From Myxococcota bacterium (GTDB lineage: Bacteria; Myxococcota_A; UBA796; GCA-2862545), in the NCBI GenBank assembly GCA_039208735.1, contig JBCCQY010000004.1, positions 71,884 through 135,883 of the forward strand: a stretch of 64,000 nt of DNA. The letters are read 5' to 3'. This document shows, piece after piece, positions 9,321-19,500 of this stretch. The stretch's first letter is position 1, and each line of letters starts with the position of its first letter. Made by a program: the position numbers and the translations under genes. The notes below the pieces were generated by a model. It saw only the letters and a program-made list of their open reading frames with translations, searched no databases and had not been told where the DNA came from.

Positions 9321-10999
9321 GCGGCCGCCTGGGTGCGCACGAGGTCCGCGTAGATGCCGCCAAGCGCGATCAATTCGTCATGCGTCCCCGATTCGCAAAT
9401 GCGTCCTGCCCCGAGGACCACGATGCGGTCGCAGTGTCGGACGGTGTCGAGGCGGTGGGCGACGATCACCGCGGTTCGCCCTTCAAGAAGGCGTTCGAGG
9501 GCGGCTTGGACACGGGTTTCCGAGACCGGGTCGATGGCCGAGGTGGCTTCGTCGAGCACCAGCAGGTCGGGACTGCGCACCCAGGCCCGGGCAAAGGTGA
9601 GGAGTTGCCGTTCCCCGTGTGACAACCGCCCCTCGTCGACGGAATCGTGAAGGGCAAGGGGCACGCCGAGGGAATCGAGGGCGGCGGTTGCGGCTTCGGG
9701 GGGGCCGCCAAGGTTTTCGTGGACGGTGCCGGGCATCAGTCGCACGTCTTGAAGCACGAGGCCGATGCGGTCGCGCAGATCGGCCAGAGCGAGGTCGCGA
9801 AGGTCGATGCCATCGAAGGTGACGCGGCCTGCGGTGGGGTCGCGAAACCGCAGCAGCAGGTCGAGGACGGTGCTCTTGCCGGCTCCCGTGGGGCCGACGA
9901 TACCCAGCCGGCTCCCCGCCGGAATCTCAAGGTCGAACCCCTCGAGGACCGAAGTGCCTTCGACGTAGTGAAACCCAACGTCCTCAAAACGGATGGCCTG
10001 GCGGAGTCCGGGCCACGGCTTGGGATGGGGAGGGTCGGCGATCGTTCGGGGTTCTCGCAGGAGTTCGTCGATGCGCACGGCAGCGGCCCGCGCTTGTTCG
10101 AGCGTCGCGAGCTGTTGGGACAGGCGCATCAGTGGGTGGAACATTTGGCGGAGAAACCCGATCGCCATGGCCAGGGCGCCGACGGTGACCTGGCCCGCGG
10201 CGACCAAGGTCGCGCCCCAGGCCAAGATGGTGACGATGCCGAGCGAGCGAACGAGTCGGGCCGAATTGAAGAACCACACCGGCTGAAATCGCGACCACCC
10301 ATCGGCGCGCCGTGCAGCGGCGATCGCTTCAGCGGCGCGTTCGCGGGCCCAAGCCTGTCGTCTAAGGGCGCGCAAGGCGGGCATGGCGATGACGCTTTCG
10401 GCCAGGATGCCGGTGAGCCGTGACACCAGACGGCGGTGGGCGAGGAACGCGGGGGCGGCCACGCGTCGAAAGAGGATGAGAAGCGTCCCAAACACCAGCA
10501 AGATGGCCACGACCGGCCATCCCAACCGACCGGCTTCAGCAAACACGATCGTCACCATCGCGACGACCTGAAGCATGTCGGCGGGAATTGCGAACACGAC
10601 CTCGACGAGCAACACACGCAAGGCTTGGACATCGCCTTGCACCCGTCCCACCAACGAGCCGCTCGCGACGCGGTCGTGAAGCTGTGCGTCGTGGTTCAGC
10701 AGGTGGTCGAAGAGCTGTTCTTTGAGGTCCTGCAGGGCATCTTGGGCCGCGATCTCGAGGACGACCCGCGAGGCCCAGGTGGCAAGCCCCGCCCCGCAGA
10801 CGGCGAACAAAAACCACAGCGCTCGATTGGCCAGGCCGTCTCGGTCTCCGTTCGCGAGGTCGACATCGATGGCCTGGGCAACGAGCCAGGGTCCGGCGAG
10901 GGCGAGCAACGCGGCACATGTCGATCCGACGAGCCCAGCCACGAGCATCGGCGCGCGCGGTCGCAGCACCGGCCCGAGGCGCATCAGCGGGGCCGCCAT
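9317..10999 (-). CDS. ABC exporter half-transporter (TMD+NBD), first subunit of a heterodimer
   Basis: GPTGAGKS, LSHGERQ, LVLDEATSAID, AHRL. Start at ATG 10999 after GGGAGG. Confidence 0.93.
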   Translation of the reverse strand: MAAPLMRLGPVLRPRAPMLVAGLVGSTCAALLALAGPWLVAQAIDVDLANGDRDGLANRALWFLFAVCGAGLATWASRVVLEIAAQDALQDLKEQLFDHLLNHDAQLHDRVASGSLVGRVQGDVQALRVLLVEVVFAIPADMLQVVAMVTIVFAEAGRLGWPVVAILLVFGTLLILFRRVAAPAFLAHRRLVSRLTGILAESVIAMPALRALRRQAWARERAAEAIAAARRADGWSRFQPVWFFNSARLVRSLGIVTILAWGATLVAAGQVTVGALAMAIGFLRQMFHPLMRLSQQLATLEQARAAAVRIDELLREPRTIADPPHPKPWPGLRQAIRFEDVGFHYVEGTSVLEGFDLEIPAGSRLGIVGPTGAGKSTVLDLLLRFRDPTAGRVTFDGIDLRDLALADLRDRIGLVLQDVRLMPGTVHENLGGPPEAATAALDSLGVPLALHDSVDEGRLSHGERQLLTFARAWVRSPDLLVLDEATSAIDPVSETRVQAALERLLEGRTAVIVAHRLDTVRHCDRIVVLGAGRICESGTHDELIALGGIYADLVRTQAAA

Positions 11000-11052
11000 C
11001 ACCACCTCCCGCGGAGGCGATATCACGGCCGAACGCATCCTACGGGCCTCGC

Positions 11053-11592
11053 TCAACCATAGTTGACCGAACGCAATAGCCGTTCGTCGCCGGTCGACGC
11101 GACGCCCTCGAAGACCGGATCGACCTCGCTCCATACCCTCCAGAAGTCCTGGTCGGAGTGGTCGGCGAGGAGCCGCGCAGTGCGTTCTTCGAGGCCCGCG
11201 ACCCGTTTGCCCTTCCACAACTTGTCGGCGAGAGCCACCAGGATCGGTTCGAGTTCCTTCTGCTCGGTCCACGCAGCGTGCAGCCATGCATGTCGGGCGA
11301 ACCGTTCGGGCACTCCATTCTCGAGTAGAAGCCGGTGACCATCGTGCTCGTGCTCGCAACCGCCGCCGTGCATCTCCGCCGGGTGCAGCGTCTTGCCAAC
11401 ATCGTGGAGGGACGCTCCGACAAGGACCTCGGTCCGGTCGAAGCGACCAAGCCCAACGGCTGACAGACCGTCGCAAAGCTCCGTCGCGGCTTCTACGACG
11501 AGCCGGTGGTGTTGCACCAAGTGAGGGACCGCACCGAGTTCAACCAGGAGCGCAAGGGCTTCTTCGACAGACGCAAGGTCACGCTGTGGCAT
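11053..11592 (-). CDS. HD-domain phosphohydrolase
   Basis: HH...V, LHDVGK, HEHDG, LALADKLWKG. Confidence 0.85.
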   Translation of the reverse strand: MPQRDLASVEEALALLVELGAVPHLVQHHRLVVEAATELCDGLSAVGLGRFDRTEVLVGASLHDVGKTLHPAEMHGGGCEHEHDGHRLLLENGVPERFARHAWLHAAWTEQKELEPILVALADKLWKGKRVAGLEERTARLLADHSDQDFWRVWSEVDPVFEGVASTGDERLLRSVNYG

Positions 11593-11650
11593 TGGATGAC
11601 TCCGGGGCCTCGTTGGCCATACTTGCTGATTCGTTGCTCATAGCTGTGAA

Positions 11651-12262
11651 CTACGCTGGACGAACCGCCGTCATCAGGAAGATCGGATAGGTCCGGTTGT
11701 TCTTGTCGAGCGCTCCGGCATCCGTGAATTCCACGTGGATGAATCCGGCTTCGGTCGCCAGTTCTCCCAACGCCGCCCGGTCGAACCCCGCATGGTACAC
11801 CCCCTCCATGCCGGCGGGGTGGAAGGAACCGTCTTCGGCATCGAGGTCGGACAGTGCGATGCGCCCGCCAGGCACGAGATGGTCGAACAGGCTCTTCATC
11901 AAGGCACGGGTGTCGCGCACGTGGTGCATCGCCATGGCGCTGACGACAAGATCGACGCGCACCTCGAGCGGTTCAGAGAGGATGTCCTGGCAATGAGCTT
12001 GGACCTTGCCCCGTAACTCGGCCTTCGTGGCGAGCTGGGCCAGCATCGCCTCCGAGACATCGACGGCGTGAAGCGTCGCGACCTCGTTGGCGATTCCACT
12101 GCCGATCAGACCGGTACCCGCTCCGAAGTCCATCGCCGTTAGCTCGGGGCCGAGCGGCACAGTCCTTCGGATCGCGCCGATCACTTGCGTCGAGATTTGG
12201 ACCTGGAGTGGCTGCTGGTCCCAGTCGGCGGCACGTTCTTCGAAGAGATCCCGTTCGGCCAT
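11651..12262 (-). CDS. Class I SAM-dependent methyltransferase
   Basis: FEERAADWD, MDFGAGTG, VDVSEAML, MAMHHV, LVPGG. Start ATG 12262 after GGAGGG. Confidence 0.92.
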   Translation of the reverse strand: MAERDLFEERAADWDQQPLQVQISTQVIGAIRRTVPLGPELTAMDFGAGTGLIGSGIANEVATLHAVDVSEAMLAQLATKAELRGKVQAHCQDILSEPLEVRVDLVVSAMAMHHVRDTRALMKSLFDHLVPGGRIALSDLDAEDGSFHPAGMEGVYHAGFDRAALGELATEAGFIHVEFTDAGALDKNNRTYPIFLMTAVRPA

Positions 12263-12629
12263 TGCGCCCTCCACTCGTACTGCCCGGTCCATACCCGATT
12301 GGCCAAGGAATGGTTTCTGGGCGGTGCTGCAGGCACGAAGGGATGAGAGAGTTGGCTTCGCACGTTCGAAGATGTAGCGACCCGCACATCCTGTCAGGTT
12401 GAAGGGGTGGATTCGGTGAATGCAATGAGTCGACGAAAAGCCAACTGTTTGGCCTATCCTTGCCACGACGGCTTCAAGGCTCCCACGACGGGAACAACGA
12501 GAAGTGGGACGGCTGCCGAGACGACTGTCAGCAGATTGGCGGGTGGACAATCGTCTGGAACTGAGTCCTCTGCAGCGAAAGCAACAAAGTTGTTGAACGG
12601 TTGTAAGGCTGCTGACGCCATCGAGAGGC

Positions 12630-12878
12630 CTACTCGTCGATGGCGTTGACATCGATATGCAGATCCTCATCCTCGAGCCGGCGGAATCGATGGTAAGCGG
12701 CTTGTCTCACGACGAATGCCCCCAGCAAAAGGGGAAGGGCGTGCGCCACGCTTTGCGTGAACTGGACGACCCCTCCCACCAATAGAAGCCATGACAGTCC
12801 GTGCAGCAAATAGCCCGAGCGATGACGCTGCTTCTGTCGCGCGTCCTGTTCATCAGGGTTCAAATCAAATCCACTCAT
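12630..12878 (-). CDS. Small hypothetical membrane protein (82 aa)
   Basis: ATG with upstream GAGGA; two hydrophobic segments. Confidence 0.55.
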   Translation of the reverse strand: MSGFDLNPDEQDARQKQRHRSGYLLHGLSWLLLVGGVVQFTQSVAHALPLLLGAFVVRQAAYHRFRRLEDEDLHIDVNAIDE

Positions 12879-12968
12879 GACGAAATCCTCTGCATGGAAC
12901 GATTCAGTGCTTCAACCGTAGACCGGGGTGTCCCCCATCGCATCATCGAAAGGCGAGCCTACTGGTAG

Positions 12969-13041
12969 GAGCCCAGTGCAGCAGTACCGCTCGCTGGGAT
13001 TTGCGCGGGGGGCGGCCCGTAAGGGCCGTTCCTGCCGCTAC
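12969..13041 (+). mobile_element. Orphan 3' end of a bacterial group II intron (domains V and VI), degenerate, no RT ORF
   Basis: GAGCCCAGTGC-AGCAGTACC-GCTCGCTGGGATTT fits DV with the AGC triad at 12970-12972. GCGCGGGGGGCGGCCC-GTAA-GGGCCGTTCCTGCCGCTAC fits the DVI hairpin ending in AC. Confidence 0.8.
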
Positions 13042-13420
13042 CACCCCGCCGAGGGCTTTCTCCATCATTGACCAACCTGGCCGGTTCCTGGGACACGATA
13101 GGGACATCGCTTATTGAGGACGTTCTCTAGGCAAAGTTTGCCTTCGTTCGCCTCTGACGCTGTCGGGGCACCTGGCGGTTCCTGTCGTGTCGAAACATGA
13201 ACCGGAATCCAGGCCTGTATCCACGAGTCGGTCGTTCGGACTCGGGACGTCTGGTGTTGGAGGAAGCTTGCACTTGAACGTGCTGATGGTGTGGAGCGGT
13301 TACCTTTGGGGGCTGCTCGGATGTGAGACATCGCCCGAGGGGCCTGTCGAGTTTACCCCTTGCATAAACGCAGCCTCTCTGATTTCAAAGGGTGGTGGCG
13401 CGATTACGATTATTGAGGGA
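13042..13420 (+). repeat. Left-flank repeat copy B' (diverged direct repeat of 24087-24465)
   Basis: Alignable by eye, e.g. ccatcattgaccaacctggccggttcctgggacacga and gtatccacgagtcggtcgttcggactcgggacgtctggtgttggagga. Both copies end at attgaggga. Confidence 0.95.
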
Positions 13421-13540
13421 GACCATTTTGCCGAGTTCGCTGCACCGGTAGCAATCATGATTGGAAGTCCAAGGCTTTCGGCTAGCTCCTGGCCGAAAAG
13501 CGTCTTGACTGCAGTGCATCGGTTCACGGAGGCAACATGA
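13268..13540 (+). pseudogene. Truncated copy of the 5' end of the 24313-26781 lipoprotein gene; stop overlaps the RHS start
   Basis: LHLNVLMVWSGYLWGLLGCETSPEGPVE matches LRLNILMVWSGCFWGLLGCGTSPEEPVE. Similarity ends after IEG. ATGA overlap at 13537-13540. Confidence 0.7.
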
Positions 13541-16500
13541 CGGGACGCGTCCTACTGTTGGCCTGGGTTGCTGCATGTCATACGCCATCGTCCAAGCCGA
13601 ATGGCCCCGAGTCGCTCGACACAGGCTCTATGGATGAAGCTCGCACCCATGCCCTGGCTGGGCCTGTAGACCCCACAGGAGCGTTGCCCGCTCTTACAGG
13701 TAGCCTCGACTCGGAGGATACCGGCGGTGGGTGTACGACGTTGTTGGAGGCGGGATGGACCGAGGATGTTTTCTCGGGAACGTTCGTTGCCGACCAGGAT
13801 GGATTGTATCGCTTCCAGGTAGAGCGCTCCGATGTGCTTCTCACGCTCATGGATCGATGCGGCGGCGACGAGCTGGTGGAAGCGGAGACCGGCGAAGCCA
13901 TCGAACTCCGTTTGCTCGCGGGTGAGCCCATCGTGGTTCGGACCAGCGAAACGACCGGTTTGTGGGTAGAGGCGGTCGAACATGCACCTCTCACGGTTCC
14001 GGAGGTGACGGAGCGGGTTGAGCGAATCTCGACGGGGGGGCGAACCTGCGTCACTCCGGAAACCGTGGTTTCCGAACTCTCATGGACGCTGCGCGGTGAT
14101 GCCGGTGACCAAAACCTCCTCGGGATGACCTCCGCGTGCTCCGGTGAGGTGGTGGACGCGATTGTCTTCGACGCTCCACGTGCCGGAGAGTACGTCTTCG
14201 ACACCGCGGGGACGGAGTTCCCCAGTGGCGTCAGCGCACACCCCGATGCCTGCACGGATGAACTCGCCTGTTCGGAATGGGGTTTTGGTGCCGAGGCGGA
14301 TGACGGATCTCTGCAACTGAGCCTCGACAAAGGCCAGCGCATTGTTTTGGCCATCCACCGACAGGACCAACCTAGTGCACGGGATGGCGACGGATATCTC
14401 CTCAACATCGACCTTCTGGCTGACCGTGAACAGGATTGCCTGTTGCATCGTGACGCCGATGGAGATGGCGACATTGGCTGCCAGGACTTTGACTGTACGG
14501 CGGAACCGCAGTGCGCGGCGGAGCGGTCGTATGCGGAGAGCGCAGACCCAAGCTGTTTGGGGTCCGCCGCCTGCCGGAAGGATTGGAGTGCCGCCCGTCG
14601 TGGTCGAGTCGCGGCTCGAGAGCTTGCCGACCTCGGTCGGATTCAAGACAAACGGCGAAAGGCGGGGGTGGAGAGGAAAACGCAGGTCAGTCAGCAAACT
14701 CCGCCGAATTCACCCGAAGGCGATCCCCCCACTCCTCCGACACCGAATGGGTCGCACACCTACGCCAAGGTGTTGAGTTGGGCAGGCCCAGACCGGGCGG
14801 CTCCTGAACCCGAGTGGGTCATTGATGATTACGCCGCAATGTATATGGGTGGCTACCCCATTTCCATGGCGTTTGAGTTTCCGCCTGCCCCAAACGACCT
14901 TTCCCCATCGGTCACGGTGAACCACAACCATCGATCGGGTTCCAGGGAAGTTGGACAGGCCTTTTCCCTCACGGTTCCGGGACCGGTGCTTCGGACGTCG
15001 GAGGATGGCCAACCTGCCAACCATACTGCTACGGACCGCTATACCTTTGACGGTGTCGAGTTTGTGCCAACCTCGCGGGGGTATGAGCCCCGACGTCGGG
15101 ACGGAAGGGTTGCCGTCCACGACACGCAGGACAACAGCTGGGTCCTATACTATCCATCGGGAACCCAAACGATCTACGGCACGATGTCGGTCGGCGGGCC
15201 GACCCGTGGTGCGAAGGTGTCCCTCTACGAGCACGGTGGTCGCGTCCAGCCCGACAACGGAATCTATCCGACCGACGCAGCCATGGACGATAGCTTTGAT
15301 GATTGCGACCGGTATGATGGTGAACTTTGCAATACCGTCGCCTGGTATCCTGCGGTTACGCTGGATCCATTCGGAAACGCCATTCAGTATTACTGGCGGA
15401 AAGCGGCGTTGCCGAATTCTACTCCGTCAACGGACGCCTATTGGTGGAGTGACTCACGGACCCATGTGATCGACCACATCCAGTACGGTGAGAACCTCAG
15501 GGAACGGGTGCAATTCGAGTGGCAAACTCGAGACACGCAGCGGCTCAGCTTTTCCCTCGGTGTTCCGCAGTACCGGACCGAGCGGTTGCAGGCGATTGAG
15601 GCTACGAGTGATGGCGTCTTCTTCAGCCGCTACGAGTTTAGCTACACCGGCGATGATTACCTCGATCGGGTAGAGCAAACCGGGCCTGGAGGAAATCCTC
15701 GTCAACTGGTCCAGTCCTTTGAGTACAGTCCTTCTGAGCCGGTGACGTACGGAACGGCCCAGTCCTTCGGCGGGGCACCGTTCGACCTTGATCAATCCAC
15801 GGACTTCGATTTTCAAACCTGGAACGACGAAGAGCATTGGGCTGCCCTTCATGTCGTTGATCTCAACGGTGATGCACTCGATGATTTGATTGTCGAATGG
15901 CATGATCGCGCGGCCACGAACGGCGCTGATCATTTTCAAGGCTATACGGGGACATATGGGGGCTTCTCCGCCTGGTCTGGAGATGCGGAATACAAACTCA
16001 ACGAGCTGACTACCGGCCTCAAAGCCGATATCGACGGTGATGGTTGCGCAGACACCATCGATGTTGAAACCAACACCTGGACGAATTGCGAAAACGAGGA
16101 TCACCCCCTCGGGTTTGATGACATTCTGTGGTCCGATTGGGAAACTGAGACCGGCTTTACGTACGCAGCAACAGGTGAATTCGCACATCGCCCTTGGCAT
16201 CTCGTGGATGTGAATAGCGATGGCCTGGCCGATTTGGTGCTGAATACGTTTATGCGTTGGGAAGAGGCCACGACCTGCGAAAATCTAACGGCATGCGACC
16301 GTTGGCTACCCCGAAGCCATGATCCACAAGGTGGGGACCCCTCTGCCCTAACGAATGCAATTGTGTCGAGGATCTATTGGGGTGATGGCTATGGCGGGTT
16401 TGTGGACTCTGGCCTGGAGGCGGGGGGCCCCCCGTTGTTGATGGAGGCTCCGCGCCCGGCCAACGATGCCACCGTGGAACGCGATCGGACCCTCTATAGC

Positions 16501-19500
16501 TTCTGGTCATTGATCCCCCTCAACCGTCGCTTTCGGCACCTGGTCGCCTCTCGCGCGCCCTCGCCCGGCGGCGGCTCGTTCGACCTTGGATTTAGCCAAT
16601 ACGAGGGAGAGTTCAGCGGATTTGCGCTGTCGCCTTACCAGGTCACCCTTACCGAAGCGATGGGCGATGGGATTGCTGATGTGCAACATACCCACGACTA
16701 CCAAGCGCCCTCTCAGGTTCTCGGGATAGACCGAACTCATCAAGGAGACAGCTGCCACGAAGAAGGGAAGCTGGTGGCGTTTGGCGACTTCGATGGGGAT
16801 GGTTTCGCCGATCTGGTCCAGCTGGACACGACGGCACGAGGGGTTCCTGATTTATCGGTGCGCCACAGCGAACTCACGAAGGTGCCTGGGCGCCTTAGCA
16901 AGATCACCTACCCGAACGGGGGCACGGTCGACCTGACATGGGGCTTCTCAGCTAGTCCCACGCACAGCAATCCCGACCTCCGACAGAATCTCGAAGTCCT
17001 TGAGAGTGTGACGGGACCCAAAGGCACCGTCGAGCTTCGCTATGGGAAAGGCTACACGGGTCCTGACGGCTTCGGAGGATTCGGTGTCGTCGAGGTCAAG
17101 CAGCGCGGCATTCTGGAGCGATTTGGCTACTTCACGACGCCCGCGTTGGCAGGCCAGTCCTTGTTTCGAGCCCGTTACCGTTCGGATGGTAGCCTCGAAC
17201 AAGCTGAAGTCAGTGTCTACGGAACTGAACCCGCCAATGGGCCTCGGTTTCTTTCCATCAACCACGATTCGGCAGGTGATGGAGAGTCCTTCTTCAATCC
17301 CTTGGTCCGGTTCTGTCAGTTCGAGAATGCAGATGAAACAAGGGATGTTGATGAACTGATGGAGTTCTGCTGGGGGATTGGGCTCGACAACGATTACCAG
17401 CCCTCGCGGTCCTCGATCTATGCCGTGGCTGGGTTGTGGCCGGCACCCCCTGAAGCGGAGAATCCAAGTTCCACCGATCCTGCGGCGTTGGCAGCCGCGG
17501 CATGGGACCGACAGCGGGTAGACCTGAATCATCTCGAGCAGGAAGGGTTCGAGAACCGATTCGTCGTGGATGGAGATTCGAGCTGGCTTCCGACGGGACT
17601 AACCTTTGCAGATCTTGCGAATCCGGCTCCGGATGATGTGAGCTATGCCGCCCTGCGCTCCACGGAAAGCTACGAGAATCAGCGCCCGACCGAGGCAGCA
17701 AGCGATAATAGTACCACCGCTTACGTCACGTCCTATAGCTACGATGCTGCAATTCAACGGCCCACATGGGAGTACCAGTACCGTGATTGGCTAACCGACG
17801 ACGATGATGGAACTACCGAAACCATTTTCGGCGCGGTGGGGCACGCAGACTGGCCCTTCCTCTTTCGACTTGAGACAAAACGAAACTACTACGGCATCGG
17901 GCCAGTTGCGCCGCGATCAAGCTCGAGCTGGTCTGGTTGGTCAGCCAATAGCGCCTTCAGCCGTCCGACGTTCGAAACCAACTGCGGAAAGGTCCCGGGA
18001 AGTTGCTCTCAGGTCACCCGTTCCTTCGCTTCGAATGGTGAACCCACAGGCGAGACCCGCCACTATGCAGATACCCCAAGCCCCACGTACACCCGAACCT
18101 TCACAGATTGGTGTCGCGACCTGACCATCACCAACCCCGTTGGTGAACAGACAGTGGTGACGATGGACGGTCGGTGTCGGCCGACTCGGATGGTCGATGG
18201 TGCAGGTGAGACGGGCTTGGACTATCTCGACACCTTCGGGACAGATGTACGAGAAGAGAAGCTCTCCGGAGCGCCGTTGGAGCCGGGTATGCCAGCCGGG
18301 ACGGTGCACATCCGGACGACCTCATCGCCGAGTGAATCCCGGATCTTCAACGAAACGCTCGGAGTGTTGACCACGGAGCGTTTGGATGGCTACGGGCGGC
18401 CGATCGCCGTTGAGCGTTGCGCCAGTTCAAACGGGCACTCGTGCTCGGGGCCGATGACCTCCGCATACCGTGGTTACTCGACCGATGGCGACTTGGTGAT
18501 CAGTGCCCCCCCTGCCTTCGCGGGCGAGCCGGTAGTCGCAACGCGTTCGACGTTCGACGGCGCAGGGCGTGAGATCATTCGGGACGATCCTGCAGCCAAT
18601 GCAGACATGCCAATCGAGTATGTTCCCACCTATACGTACCATTGGCCCGGGCGAACCATTGACCGCGGAGTAGTGTCCGTATCGGACACCGTCGTTTCAA
18701 GGATCGAGTGGTCGACCATGGGTTCCAGCACATGGGTTGAGAACGACCTAGTGCATCAGTCGATCGACAATGCGGATGGGCAGCCCATCGAGAAGACCGA
18801 GGACGGAATCACTGCCGTGTTCGGCTACGATGCATCCGGCTTGTTGTCTCGGAAGAGTATGGCCGATTCTGCAACCTCCGTCCGGCCAGATGACACGTTG
18901 GCTCCAATGCAATGGGAGCAACGGTTTGAGTACAATGACGCTGGGCAAGTAAAAGCCATAATTCAGCCGGACAATACGAGAGTTGCTTCACTGTACGATG
19001 CGATGGGACGCAATCTAGAGCAAGTCATTTATGACGACGTAGGTGTTCTCGTTGCCACATTGTCTTCAACGACCTACTCGAGAGACGCGGCGGGTCGCCA
19101 AGTTGAGTTCCATACCGACATCTCCGGAGGATGGACGGAAACAACCTTCGATGGCCAGGGCCGTGTGATTCGGAAGAAGAATTCGCTGGACCATGTGACA
19201 CTATTTCACGCGCCGGTTGCGGGTGGGAACGGTCGCGCAATCCACCGGACGATTCGCTTAGACGGTGCGCTTGAGCTTGAGGAAGAGCGTGTCCTCGACG
19301 CGTTTGGCAACGATGTCGAGGCGGCGGTCCCCGGTCAGGGGACGACGACTCGAACCTTCGATGGGCAAGGTCGTCTGCTCACGGAAGTCGATGCGGATGG
19401 AGCAAGGCTCGTCTGGAACCCTGTTTACGCTCATAATGGTGAACTCCTCCAAGAGCAATTGGGAGATTGGGTTACCGCGCGACACGAGTATGACCTGAGT

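Noticed and set aside
12280..12625. Possible gene in the lower-GC gap
   Set aside because: Only short ORFs without motifs or a clear RBS. It may be a relic but cannot be supported.
12950..13045. tRNA-Sec, SRP RNA or rho-independent terminator for the GC hairpin
   Set aside because: No cloverleaf, SRP loop or U-tract. The group II intron DV-DVI pattern fits much better.
11053..13200. Integron cassette array (small co-oriented genes, hairpins)
   Set aside because: No convincing RYYYAAC...GTTRRRY attC sites and no integrase in the window.
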